Shown piece by piece: positions 1-11,635 of a stretch of DNA of 64,000 nt. Origin of the DNA: Octopus sinensis. Lineage: Eukaryota. The notes beneath the pieces were generated by a model. That model did not search any database and was not told the DNA's origin. It was given only the letters and a program-made list of their open reading frames with translations. Position 1 is the stretch's first letter; the number at the start of each line of letters is the position of its first letter. The stretch is taken from NCBI RefSeq assembly GCF_006345805.1, contig NC_042999.1, positions 170,934,001-170,998,000 on the forward strand, in the 5' to 3' direction. The position numbers were made by a program, and so were the translations under genes.

Positions 1-195
1 TAAATCCTGTCATTATTTTTCATGTTTCCCGTCTAGTTTGGTCAGTTGGTTTAGTGTTCAATTAAGAATTTGTAGCTGTAACTTATAACTGAGACAGCTA
101 GAGTGTTAATACCTATTAACTTGTTTTTCGCATTGAGCTCTGTTTTAAGCATTAATCTAACTCGTCTACAGTTTTCCTTCCTTATCTTCTTTTTC
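1..195 (-). mobile_element. R4/Dong-clade LINE fragment (post-RT region), 5'-truncated, runs off the window edge
   Basis: Translation KKIRKE..RRVRLMLKTELNAKNKLIGINTLAV matches the copy at 42787-43587 (KTELNAKNKIIGINTLAV). It starts directly at an (AAC)n(AAT)n tract. Confidence 0.8.
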
Positions 196-250
196 ATTAT
201 TATTATTGTTATTATTATTATTATTGTTGTTGTTGTTGTTGTTGTTGTTA
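196..250. repeat. (ATT)n(GTT)n microsatellite between two Dong copies
   Basis: Direct reading of the sequence. Confidence 0.95.
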
Positions 251-2100
251 TACACACAACAGAAAATTCTCAACATTGGTTTAACCTTAGATGACAAGAA
301 CCCTCCTAAGTATCCTAGCTGTCCTTAATAACTCTGTTTCCTGGAGCTGTACTGGGTTTTATGCTTATTTGCACTATCCATCTGTTCAAATCATTAGGGA
401 TAGTTCCTAATGCAGCTATAACTACTAGGATACATTTTACCCGCCCTTTCCATAGCCTCTGTAATGCAAAGACTAGATCCTGATACTTTGCTATTTTTTC
501 TATACCTTTCATATTGATTTTTTCATGATTTAGTACTGTAAAGTCAATTATCTGGCACTTTCTATTCTCTTTACTACTACTAAACCAGGCCTTCTAGCTT
601 CTATTACTCTGTCAGTTTGAATGTTAAAGTCCCACAACATGATATGTATCTTGCTTTCGAGTAAGTACTTTACTAGGTTCATGTTCATACCATTTATCAG
701 TATGGTAAAATCCTAGCTTTCTACATATCTCACAGTGGATTACCCTCCCAGGTTGTCATGTCTTTTCTTGTATTCTTTCTGTGCCAGCATGCTACATTCA
801 CTTACTACATGAGTAAAAAGTTCCTCTTTTGATTTGCATACTATACATTGAGAGTCTACTTAGTTTTTGTCTATTTTGGCTTTTGTTCAATTAGTCCTTA
901 ATGCTGGATCTTGTGCAAGTATTAACAAACATTCTGTCTCCCTTTTCAGCCTTCCTTTCTACAGCCATAACTATGTCTCGCTAATATTATTTGCTGCAAC
1001 TATCTTTGGAAACCTACCATGCAAAGTCTTCTCCTGCCAGCCAGAAAACTTTTATTCTTTTTTCTGGATTTTAACTTACTTTGGCTCTTTGGTTTCCCTA
1101 TGTCTTGCTCTGACGCTAGCAGCTCTTAAACTTTCTTTATTATTACCTACACACAAGTCTATATCTGCTCTAGCTAAATCCACGCAGTCTTCTACTGATA
1201 TTAGTCTTCTTCCACATTCCTTTCTGGGTAAGTATACTCTTTCTACTTCTGCCCTTGGGTTGGGTTATCCATTCATATTGAATTCTTTCCTAGTACTTCT
1301 GTCTAGCTTTCATAATTCAGTTTTCGTCCAATCTACAGAAGCTACTGGGTATCTAAGTAAGGATACTGCCCAAGTATTTACAGCCTTCACTGGATTTGGA
1401 ACGTTTAGCTTTGACTTCATTAGCTTCCCCACTATTCTGATGTTCTCCTCAATTTTCGTCTTCATTTCTATAGTTAGTACTTTGTCAGATTCTAATACAC
1501 CTAGATACTTATAACTCTCTAATTTTTTCAGTGATTTGATTGACCAGTGATATGGTAATTGGATTCCTTCACTATTAACCATCTATCCCCTTTTCATGAC
1601 TAATATAGCACACATATCTATGCCACATTTCATGCCTGTATCTTTGCTGAAGTGTCTAACAATCAGTGTATTAAGGAAGCTATTGCTTCTATATTCTCTT
1701 TAAAAAGGTTCAGATCATCGTATAAAGCAAATGGTTTATTTTCCCCTTACTGTTTCTGAACAGGTATCCTGCTTTTGCTTTCATTAATACTAAACTGAGG
1801 GGGATCAAATATACGACAAATATAAAAGGGAATAACGAGAACCTTGATAACCAGAATTTATTGCCCCCAAATCAGAAAGGTTGCAGGAAGAAGGCTAGAG
1901 GAACGCATGATCTATTATATATAGAAAAAAGTAAAAACTAGTCATCCAGTCTGGTAGTATTCCTCCATTAAGGCAATCCTGAAGTTGCTCTCTCAACCTT
2001 CCATGTAAACTACTGAATTTCTTTAGCTACTAGCCTTGAACTAAATCTGGTCCTGGGTCCTTCCAATTCGGCATTTTTCCTAATACTTTACTCATTAATG
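251..2100 (-). mobile_element. Decayed R4/Dong-clade LINE (RT remnants, YKYLG region, REL endonuclease, 3' end)
   Basis: Minus-strand peptides: GKMPNWKDPGPD (~2050), YKYLGVLES..AVNTWAVSLLRY (1310-1582), LWDFNIQTDRVIEARRPGLVVV (~600-650), KIAKYQDL..VVIAALGTIP (315-512). Many stops and frameshifts. Confidence 0.85.
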
Positions 2101-2920
2101 CACTAGGTATTTGTAGCACTCCGCTGGTTCTAACTCCTTTATGACATTCTGCTGGTCAACATTAACATTGTATGTTTCTGTCATTTTTCCTTTCATAAAG
2201 GTAGCTTTTGCCCATTTATCGAGGCCAAATTGCATCCTGATGTCATCACTGAATTGTTTAACAACTGCTAGTAAGCCCTGTTGGTGATGGTCACGTTTTC
2301 TGCAAAGAGCTTTAAATCATCTATATAAAAGAGATGATTTATATTTTTATCAAACATTTTATAGCCATTTTGTACATCATTGAGCAATTTCGAGAGAGGT
2401 ATTAAGGCTAGACAAAAGATGAGTTGTGGTAGAGAGTCAACCTGGAAAATGCCACATGAAATTCTTACATCTCCAGCATTGAGAGATGCATTGTCATTTT
2501 TCAAAGTCAGTGTGATTTTCCATGATCTAAAACTTACAGACAAGAAGTTTCGCAGATTAGGTGATATTTTATACATTTCTAGATATTTCTTAATACAGCT
2601 ATTTGGTAGAATATGAAAAGCATTTTTATAGTCTATCCAGGCTATCGACAAGTTTTGTGTCTTTTGTGACACATCTTCCAAGATCATCTTATTGATGTGT
2701 ACGTTTATATCCTTTTCGCTCATTAAGGAATATGCCACTTTCTATAAAAAAACAAACTATAGGTATATGCAGTCAAGGCAGATGTTAGCGTGTTATACAT
2801 TGTTGTTAAGCAGGCTATGGGTCTATAATTTTTTGGTTCATTTGTATCTTCATTTGTTTGCAGTAGGAATGTAACACCATTAACTAGCCAAGAGGGAATC
2901 ATGCTAGGCTGTTGCATTTC
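2100..2920 (-). mobile_element. Internal RT fragment of the Dong subfamily seen full-length at 4558-8705
   Basis: IAWIDYKNAF, CGIFQVDSLPQL, HLFYIDDLKLF and PKNYRPIACL motifs. The nucleotide sequence is colinear with ~6100-6930. Confidence 0.9.
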
Positions 2921-3775
2921 CTTCAACCTGATCCATCTGGTAGGTACCTAAGAGATCAGTAGAGAATTTTTTGCTCTTTTTCAAAATAGAGTGAAGCTTT
3001 ATCGGTCTTCCATGTTTTTCAACAGGTTTTAGCATCCAGTCGTTGGTTGTTTCAAGGTATTTGGCTAGTCCGATTATGGTGGTTTTCTGCGTACGTTCAA
3101 GCTGGATCAAGTCTCAAACTCCCTGAGCTCTGGGAAGGTGAAGACGATCCACGTCTGCCTTTGGATGGTGCGTATTATTACAAGTCAGTATTATTTCCCT
3201 GGTATTCCAGTTAAGCACATTGAAGCTATAAAGAACAACTGGGACTGCTAAGGAATTTATGGCTAACATCTTGTTACATGCATTCAGCTCAGACTTCCGG
3301 ACTGCTAGAACTCTTCTATAACATTCCTTCCTAACCTTCTCTTTCATGTTTGCATGCTGGATACTAGAGCCTTCATTTATTCCTAGGTATTTATAAGTTT
3401 GTTCCTGCTCAAGTTCCTTTATTATTTTTACGACATCTAATTCGATTGAACTTGACTTTGCCAATTTCCCTTTCTTAAAAGTGGCTTTGGCACACTTTTC
3501 AAGGCCAAACTCCATCCCGATATCATCACTGAATCCTTTCACAGTATTTAGTAGTCCTTCAAGCTCTTCATCATCTTTGCCATATAGTTTTAAATCATCC
3601 ATATAAAATAGATGACTTATTTTCTTGTCAATTTTGTAGCCACACTCTGATCTATTTGGTTCACTTGAGAGTGGTATTAGTGTTATGCAGAAAATTAGTG
3701 GTGAAAGTGAGTCACCTTGGAAAATGCCACAGTTTATACTAATATTGTTTGAGCGCAATACTCCATTAGAATGAT
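2920..3775 (-). mobile_element. Internal RT/thumb fragment of another R4/Dong subfamily
   Basis: ORF 3114-3758: GIFQGDSLSPLIF, HLFYMDDLKLY, YKYLGI, HHPKADVDRL. It continues into TTIIGLAKYLETTNDWMLK (2904-3110). Confidence 0.9.
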
Positions 3776-3904
3776 ATAATTGGAGCTTCTTGTTTCATAA
3801 TGACATATTATACTTTAAAAAATCTAAAATCACAGGAGAAATCTTGAAAATGTCCAGCGATTTCAGAATCCACGAATGTGGTATGCTGTCGAAGGCTTTT
3901 TTTT

Positions 3905-4405
3905 ATAATCAATTTTTACTGTATTGAAAGTGCTTTACGTAGGATGTGTGCGGTACCTAGCAGTACTATTTTCTGTATGTTATATATACTTGTAGTTCTG
4001 GTGTTTTTGCTATGTATATATCTGAATATTTTTTTTATCATACCTAATATGCCTACTATGATAGGAATTGTTTCTGCTTTTAGGCTCCACATTCAAGTTA
4101 CCTCTATTTCCAGATCTTTGTATTTTGAAGTTTTCTATGTTTCTTTTAGAGAAACATTGTCATCTGTTGGTAATGATACATCGATTAGAAACATTTTGTT
4201 TCTTGGTGATCTCTGACAACTATATTCGGCCTATTGGCCTTAATTTCTCTATCTGTGTGTATTGGCATATCCCAGAAAATGGTTGCTTTCTCGTTTTCTG
4301 TTACCTTTTCTAGTGTGCGCCCATACCATCTTTTTTCAGTTGTTATTCTATAGCATTGGCATAGCTTCCAATGTATATTGTCCCAACTCTGTCATGTCTG
4401 TGTAC
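3905..4405 (-). mobile_element. 5'-truncated Dong LINE 3' end (REL endonuclease)
   Basis: Reverse complement aligns with 43860-44270 (RHDRVG, ILWDMPIHTDREIKANRP, IPIIVGILG, QKIVLLGTAHILR). Confidence 0.85.
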
Positions 4406-4426
4406 ATCTTCTTCTTCTTCTTCCGA

Positions 4427-4516
4427 TTATTGGCGTAATAGTAGCTGTTATCATTATTATTATTGCTATTGTTATAATTATCATTATTACGATTATTATT
4501 ATTGTTATTATTGTTG

Positions 4517-4557
<41 letters not shown>
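4427..4557. repeat. (ATT)n-rich microsatellite at the 3' junction of the full-length Dong element
   Basis: Direct reading. Confidence 0.95.
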
Positions 4558-4558
<1 letters not shown>

Positions 4559-7500
4559 TATGTTTGACTTTTGCTTTATATTTGTACAAGTTGGCACCCA
4601 GAGACCTCAAGAGACAACAGGGTTGGAAGTTCATGTTGTTGTTATGCCTAGTGTGCCATATATTTGGGGGGTGGGGATGTTGTACTAATGAATGTCTAAA
4701 AAAAAAAAGTTTTTTTTTTTTTTTTTTTTTAAACCGAAAATTATGGTTGTTTTAAACCTTGAGGTTACATAGAGAGTATTTTGCGTAGGATATGAGCAGT
4801 TCCCATGAGCACTATCTTTTGAACTTCTGCCATTTTGGGGTTTCCTGGTATCTGAGTTAGGTAGCTATCAGCCCCTTTTGCTATCATTCCCAGGGCACCT
4901 ATGACAACAGGTATTGTTTTAGTCTTCAGCTTCCACATTTTGCTGATTTATATTTCAAGATCTTTATATTTGCTCAGTTTTTGGTAGGTCCTGACAGATA
5001 CGTTTATATCGATTGGGACAGTCATATCAATGAGGAGGCATGTTCTTTGTTTGAAGTCTTTCAATATGATGTCTGGCCTATTTGCATCTATCTTCCTGTC
5101 AGTTTGAATGGTGAAGTTCCAGAGGAGTGAGATGTGGTCATTTTCAAGCACTGGGGGTGGTTTGTGTTCCCACCAGTTTTTTTCATGGGGCAAATCCAGG
5201 TTTTTACAGATTACCCAGTGAATATATTGTGCAGCTCTATCGTGCCTGTTGAGATACTCTGTAGGCGCTAGAAGACTGCACTTGGAGACCACATGGTCAA
5301 TGGTTTCATTTTGTTGCTTGCATACACGACACGTTGGACTGCTTCTGATCTTTAATATGTTGGCCTGGTAGTTTCTTGTTGGTAGGCATTGATCTTGAGC
5401 TGCTATGATAAACCCCTCTGTTTCAGATTTTAAGCCAGAGGCCATTAGCCATTGATGGGTCAGGGCTTTGTCGATATCTGCATTATTCGCTCTCTTTGGG
5501 TATTTGCCGTAGAGAGGTTTTTCTTGCCATTTATTGTTCAGAATATCTAAGGCCGCAGTTTTGGCACGGGTTTTCATGCGCCTAGCTTTTTCTGTGCTTG
5601 TTTCTTGTATGTCTATCTCTAATTCCGAAATTGGTTGTATTCGGAATTCACTTAGATATTCCTTTGCCTGTTTTGTGACTGAGTATGATGCTTTCTTGTT
5701 TTCATGTTTTGAGACAAGTTTTAACATCCAGTCCTCAGAGTTTTTCAGGTAGGTGTCTAGGCCAATTGTAGCAATCTTCATTGTTATTGCCAGTTGCAAA
5801 AGACACGGCCTCCCTCTTTTCTTGGCAGATAGAGTCGTTCTGTATCTGCCTTAGGGTGGTGCATTCTATGCATTGTCAACAGTTTCCTTATTTTTCTGTC
5901 GAGCTGACATATTTCAGTAATTGACCAGTTAACAATATTGAAACTGTAAGTCACGACTGGTATAGCTAATGCATTGATTGCTTCGATCCTGTTTCTTGCA
6001 TTCAGCTCTGTCTTGAGTATTGCTCTCACTCTTCGATAGCATTCTCTCCTGATCCTTTCCTTCATCTCTGAATGCCTTATTCCGTTCCCTTCAATTACCC
6101 CTAGGTACTTGTAGCTCTCCGCTGGGTCTAGTTCTTTTATGACATTCTGTTGGTCAAGGTTAACGTTAGATGTTTCTGTCATTTTTCCTTTGATAAAGGT
6201 AGCCTTTGCACATTTATCGAGGCCGAATTGCATTCTGATGTCGTCACTGAATTGTTTGACTATCGCTAGTAAGCCCTTGAGTTGTTGATCATTTTTTGCA
6301 AAAAGCTTTAAATCATCCATGTAAACGAGATGATTTATATTTTTATCAAACATTTTATACCCGTACTGCGCGTCATTGAGCAGCTTTGAGAGAGGTATTA
6401 AGGATAAACAAAAGAGGAGTGGTGACAGTGAGTCACCCTGGAAAATGCCACACGAAATTTTTACATCACCAGCATTTAGGGATTCACTGTCACTGTTCAG
6501 AGTTAGTGTGGTTCACCATGATCTCATACTTACAGTCAAGAAGTTTCGCAGAGTTGGTGCTATCTTATACATTTCAAGGCATTTCCTAATCCAGCTATGT
6601 GGTAGACTATCAAAAGCCTTTTTATAGTCTATCCAGGCTATTGATAAGTTTTTGTGTCGTTTGTGACAATCTTCTAAGATCATCTTATTGATGAGTAGTT
6701 GGTCTTTACAGCCGTAGGATCCACGTTTACATCCTTTCTGTTCATTAGGGAATATGCTGCTGTCTGTTAAAAAAACTATAGGTATATTCCGTCAGGACAG
6801 ATGTTAGAGTTTTGTACATAGTTGTTAAGCAGGTTATGGGTCTATAGTTTTTTGGTTCATTTGTTTCTTCACTTTTTGGAAGCAGGAATGTTAACCCATT
6901 AACTAGCCAAGGAGGCATCCTACTAGGGTGTTGCAGAACATCATTGTACAGTTCTGTTAGCAGTTCATGGCTCTCTGGGAAGGCATTCAGCCAGAAGTTA
7001 GGAATTTTATCCTTTCCTGGAGACTTCCATTTGCTTGACCTCCTGAGAGCAGATCTTATATCTTCTACCTTGACACCCTCCCACTTTTGCTCTTCTAAGG
7101 GGTCCAGTTCTGTAGATATTCTGTCAATCCAGGGGGCCTTTTCGTTGTGTGTTTTTTCTTCTGCCCAGATTTTATTCCAAAATCTCTGCACTTCTTCTTT
7201 TGATGGTACAGACCCTGCAGTAAACGCTGTTTTTCCTATCTTCCTGTAAAAATTCTTGGTGTTATTTTTGAACATGTTGTTGTCCTTGAAAAATCTAATA
7301 CGCTTTTCATACCTCGCTATGCGGGTAGCTTTGGCAGATACCTTTTGTTTGATGGTTTCTATGGTGGCATCAATATCAAGTATAGTTTTCATATTGTATT
7401 TTTTCAGTAATTTTTGGATTTTTGTAGGTTTGGTAGTCTTGTGAGCCTTAAGGTTTTTCAAATATTCAATGTCAGATCTAAATACTTTAATTTGTTGTTG

Positions 7501-8705
7501 CAGACGCTCTTGCCAAGAAGGCTTTTTGTGGGACTGTTGCCGTTTTCTAATCTTTACACCACATAGGATCGTTGAGATTTTCGCGGATGCATAGTATAGG
7601 TGGTTGAGGTTTGTGATACCAACATCATTAACTGAAATTATATCCTTAAGTGCAAGCCGGATTTTACCAATTATTTTCATGTTTTGGTTAGAGTTGCGGA
7701 TTTTAGGAAGTGTATCACGCTCATCCATGCTGGTTTCTTTAATTTTCAGCCATTCAATCATGATTTGATTTTTTAGCTCATGTAGTTCTGTTGGGTCAAT
7801 ATTTGTGTGACTTTCTTTATCTATTTGATGCTCATCTGTCTTAGTGTTTATGATTGGTTCAGGGCGTATTTCACTTTGCCTATCACTTATACTAACTCTT
7901 TCAATCCTCTCTTCGTTTTTATCCGCCCTGGGCTGGTCTATAATCATTTCCTCTGTATTATCTTCTCTAGCTGCAGCTTCGTTCATTTTATCCGATATTG
8001 CTTGTCTAACCTGATCAATCTCTACTTCAGTCAGTAATTTCTTTTTTATAATGTTTCTTCTAACATTGGCAAGCTTGTTACTGTCTATGTAGGGTCTTAC
8101 TTCAGGGTGTTTCTGTCTCCAGTTTAAGTATGCTTGTACAGTGCTAGACTTATCTGTGGGGAAATATATGGCATGGTAGAAGGCCTCGAGAACTTCTTTA
8201 TATCTTCCCTAGACCATTTTTCCTTCTTTTTCTTTTGATTATTTGGTGATGAGCATGGATGGCCATCTGTTGGAATATTCCGGTTGTGGGGTTCGTCCAG
8301 CTCCTGTGTGTTGGGAAGATTTGATCCAGTAACTGATTTTTCAATCAGGATTTGGTTCAATTTTCGGGTACGTGGTCTTTTGTAATCCGCGCAATGACCA
8401 ATGCGGTTTATTGTTTGATTTGTTGACCTTGAAGCATGACGAGCATCCATTCTTATATTAGGAGATGGATCTGTCAGTTTAGGGTTCACTACATGTAAGC
8501 ATTGCTCATAGCGCCGCTTCTTAAGACTAGCAGATCTATATTCGTCTGTATTTTTTTGTTGATAGTTTTATCTCCGGACATTTTTTTTCCTCCTTTCCTC
8601 CTCTTCCTTTCTTCAAGGCTTACTGTGTCTGTATTAGTTCGAAATAATGAGAATAAAATACGGAGAAGGAAACGAAAAGAAAGGGAAAAAGACGGGATCT
8701 GTCAG
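4558..8705 (-). mobile_element. Full-length (~4.15 kb) R4/Dong-clade non-LTR retrotransposon; single ORF with RT, CCHC knuckle and REL endonuclease, now interrupted
   Basis: Reconstructed ORF runs ~8582 to 4775. N-terminal KWSRE.YKEVLEAFY; KSPGKDKIPNFW; PKNYRPITCL; AWIDYKKAFD; GIFQGDSLSP; YMDDLKLF; YKYLG; CRVCKQQNETIDHVVSKC; RHD; RPDIILKD..IDMTVP..KLSKYKDL; TAHILRKILSM*. About 4 frameshifts and 2 in-frame stops. (AAT)-type repeats flank both ends. Confidence 0.95.
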
Positions 8706-8724
8706 TTATTATTGTTATTACTAT

Positions 8725-8780
8725 CATCTTTCCCACCATCACCATCATCAGCAACATCACCATCACCATCATCATCTTCA
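8725..8780. repeat. (CAT/CAC)n imperfect microsatellite
   Basis: Direct reading. Confidence 0.8.
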
Positions 8781-9484
8781 ATGTGTAGCCACAGCCACCA
8801 TCAACACTCCATTGTGTTGGAGAATGGGTGGTTAAAGAATTCATGTTCTTTGGGTCTATAAATAGCCACGGTAGATGGTGGAGACAAAGGACGTTAATGG
8901 TCAGTAAAAGGTCAAACCTGTTTACGTTTATTTATTTATTTATTTTTTTTTTCCCGTTCTCTTTTCTTCTTCACCACATGCATATGTATGTGTATATATA
9001 TGTATATTCACTCACACATATTATCTGATGTTTTCGTCGAAGATTTTTTTTTTCCTTTCTTTTTTTTAAATAACTTTCTGAGTTCAATGTTATGTATATA
9101 TTTTTAAATTTCTGAATTCAGTTGTATGTATATAGTAGTAGGTGCTTAATTCCATAACTTTTTATCGTGCATTTAATTGTGTTGTTACAATAAAAGGTAA
9201 TTTAAAAGGCAATTTTACACATTCTTATAGTCATGAGAGACGACTAACTGTAAATGTTCACACAGAATTGGAGATATTTATGTTTCTAATTTTTCTTGTT
9301 AGGTGTACGTTTGTATGAGCTGTAGATATGTAAGTTTTTTTTTTTTTACTTATTTTGAGGGTAATTCAAATTACTTACAGAAAACAGTAGATCTTCCAGT
9401 TTTCTACAGTTGACCTGCTGGGTTCGCTGTTGCCAGTTCAGAGCATCGTAAAAATACGTCCATCCTCTGTCACGTCCAGCCGCC

Positions 9485-9485
<1 letters not shown>

Positions 9486-9543
<58 letters not shown>

Positions 9544-9598
9544 GTTATTATTATTGTTATTGTTATTATTGTTATTGTTAGTATTATTATTATTATTA

Positions 9599-9653
<55 letters not shown>

Positions 9654-9780
9654 CATCATCATCATCATTACAATTATTATTATTGGTGTAGTAGTATTTG
9701 TCCTTTTATCGTTGTTATTATTATCATTGATATTGTTATTCTTGTTGTTGTTATTATTATTATTATTATTATTTCATTAC
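9486..9780. repeat. Long imperfect (ATT)n microsatellite upstream of the TRIM ORF
   Basis: Direct reading. It is the source of the poly-Ile ORFs in the track. Confidence 0.95.
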
Positions 9781-9789
9781 TTTTTTCAG
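9775..9789 (+). promoter_or_regulatory. Candidate 3' splice site of a 5'-UTR intron of the TRIM gene
   Basis: Pyrimidine tract cattacttttttcAG ends at 9789, 25 nt before the ATG. Motif evidence only. Confidence 0.45.
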
Positions 9790-9814
9790 CTTTTTTTGTG
9801 AAATCTACGTTTTA

Positions 9815-11635
9815 ATGGCATCCTTAAGCTTGACGGATCTCGAATGTTCCATATGCTTCAATCAGTTTGACAAACCGAAAGGGCTTCCCTGTCACCATTG
9901 TTTTTGCGTTGAATGCCTACAGGATCATATAAATAATAATAAACAGTCATGCTTACAAACTGGCTATTTTTATTGCCCAATCTGCAAAGCTGTTACCTAT
10001 CCACTAGATCGTAGCAAAGCGGTAGAAGAATGGGCGAAAACTTTTCACAATGATTTTCGGATTGGTCAAATACAAGAAATAGTTTCATTTGAAACGATGA
10101 TGAGTTGCACGTGTCATGATAACAATGAAATAAATCTGTATTGTACGTTTTGTGAAGTAGTTATTTGCAGTGAATGTCGCACTGAGAAGCACCAAAACTG
10201 TAAAGGAGTTTTATCCATAAGTCAAGCTGCCATATCAAAACGAATCGAAGCTGAGAATCATTTGAAGTTTCTGAAGGATTTGAAAGCAGAGGAAAGCAAG
10301 AAACTTAAAGAATTACACCTGGAAAAAGAAAATATTCTTAGTGATAAAGAGAAAATTTTGAACAAAGTCGACGCACATGTCAAAGATATCGTTCGAATGA
10401 TAACATCTAAAGGAGATTTACTGAATAAAGACGCCACAAGAATGATGAATGTTGAATTAGAAAAACTTCGTATCTACGAGGAAAATTACAAAGAAAAAAT
10501 AGAATCCTTAAGAAATTGTATTGAAAAAGTTTCTGAGGTGATGAAAGAAAAATCTGCTTCAAAGTTTGTTGTGTCTTATTTCCCAGTTAGAAAATGTATC
10601 AACAGATTTAATTCTTCTGACTACCGTCTAACACGAAGAGTGTTATCATTAAATATTACATCGGAATTTTCAAAAGCCTTGCAAGATTTAGAAAAATGCC
10701 CATTCGGCCATGTTAGTTACGAAGGCGATATATCTAATGGAGAAATAGAACATACAGAAGACATGAAAAATTCTAAAGGGCTAAAAAAGAATCACAATAT
10801 TGTAAATTTGCAAAAAGTTGAAGAATTTACATCCGATGACGAAAGTACCTTTACATCAATCTTAAATTTAATTTGTATCATTCCTGGGGGAGGATACCTG
10901 ATGAGCGACAACAAACACGGAATCTTACAGTTCTGTCCGAAAGGTAATCAAATTAACAGATTTGATCTGAGAAGTCAGCCGCATGGATTGTGCATTCACT
11001 CTCACAGTTTCGCAATCGTATCTCTACCCGATGAACTTCAACTGTGTATAATTAAATTCTCCCGAAACTTTGTCGCAAATGTCATGTGCATGCTGAATTT
11101 CTTCAAAAAATATAAAAGGATCCAATGTAAATCAAAGTACAGTGCCATCGCTAAAAGCTATGACGGAAGGTTAATTTGTAAATGTCTAGAAAAACCTGTT
11201 ATTGAAGTCGTGTTCATTTTTGATAATAGAGCCAAACCACTACAGCAATTCTATCTTGATATCGCTTATGTTTCAAAATCTGATCCTTGTTACATGACAA
11301 TAGCACCAGATGAGACAATTGTGCTTTCGTGCTACCGAGCTGGATTATTGTACGGTATCGGTCGATCTGGAAATAAAAAATTCCACATCAAGAATGTTGA
11401 AGGACAACCGATTGAAGGACCGGGTGGTGTCTGCTGCGATACTGAATACATCTATGCCACAGAACTGGGACGTTCAAACATATTACGTTTTGATTTATGC
11501 GGTAACTTCATAAGTTATTTGACTCCTTCATCAGATCTCCCCATGCCCGTTGCATTAGACATCAACCGCAATGAGAAACAACTGGTTGTTACGCGAATGA
11601 TACCGAAACCAACAATCGAAATTTACCAACTTTAA
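9815..11635 (+). CDS. TRIM/RBCC-type E3 ubiquitin ligase with C-terminal NHL-like beta-propeller (TRIM2/3/56/71-like architecture), intronless CDS
   Basis: Uninterrupted 606-aa ORF. C3HC4 RING (CSIC..LPCHHCFCVEC..CPIC); B-box (CTCHDNNEINLYCTFCEVVICSECRTEKHQNC); E/K/L-rich coiled coil; propeller-like blades (PHGLCI, PCYMTI, GPGGVCCD, PMPVALD). Orthology is not assignable by eye. Confidence 0.92.
   Translation: MASLSLTDLECSICFNQFDKPKGLPCHHCFCVECLQDHINNNKQSCLQTGYFYCPICKAVTYPLDRSKAVEEWAKTFHNDFRIGQIQEIVSFETMMSCTCHDNNEINLYCTFCEVVICSECRTEKHQNCKGVLSISQAAISKRIEAENHLKFLKDLKAEESKKLKELHLEKENILSDKEKILNKVDAHVKDIVRMITSKGDLLNKDATRMMNVELEKLRIYEENYKEKIESLRNCIEKVSEVMKEKSASKFVVSYFPVRKCINRFNSSDYRLTRRVLSLNITSEFSKALQDLEKCPFGHVSYEGDISNGEIEHTEDMKNSKGLKKNHNIVNLQKVEEFTSDDESTFTSILNLICIIPGGGYLMSDNKHGILQFCPKGNQINRFDLRSQPHGLCIHSHSFAIVSLPDELQLCIIKFSRNFVANVMCMLNFFKKYKRIQCKSKYSAIAKSYDGRLICKCLEKPVIEVVFIFDNRAKPLQQFYLDIAYVSKSDPCYMTIAPDETIVLSCYRAGLLYGIGRSGNKKFHIKNVEGQPIEGPGGVCCDTEYIYATELGRSNILRFDLCGNFISYLTPSSDLPMPVALDINRNEKQLVVTRMIPKPTIEIYQL

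Noticed and set aside
867-1514. 215-aa plus-strand ORF
   Set aside because: It is the antisense frame of the minus-strand R4 LINE coding region. The same applies to other short antisense ORFs over LINEs.
4698-4730. A-run/T-run as a LINE poly(A) tail or terminator
   Set aside because: Unique sequence continues to 4558 before the (AAT)n junction, so the run is more likely internal to the Dong 3' UTR.
9430-9801. Poly-Ile/poly-Leu ORFs (also at 4371-4755 and 33386-33772) resembling membrane proteins
   Set aside because: They are (ATT)n microsatellite read-throughs.
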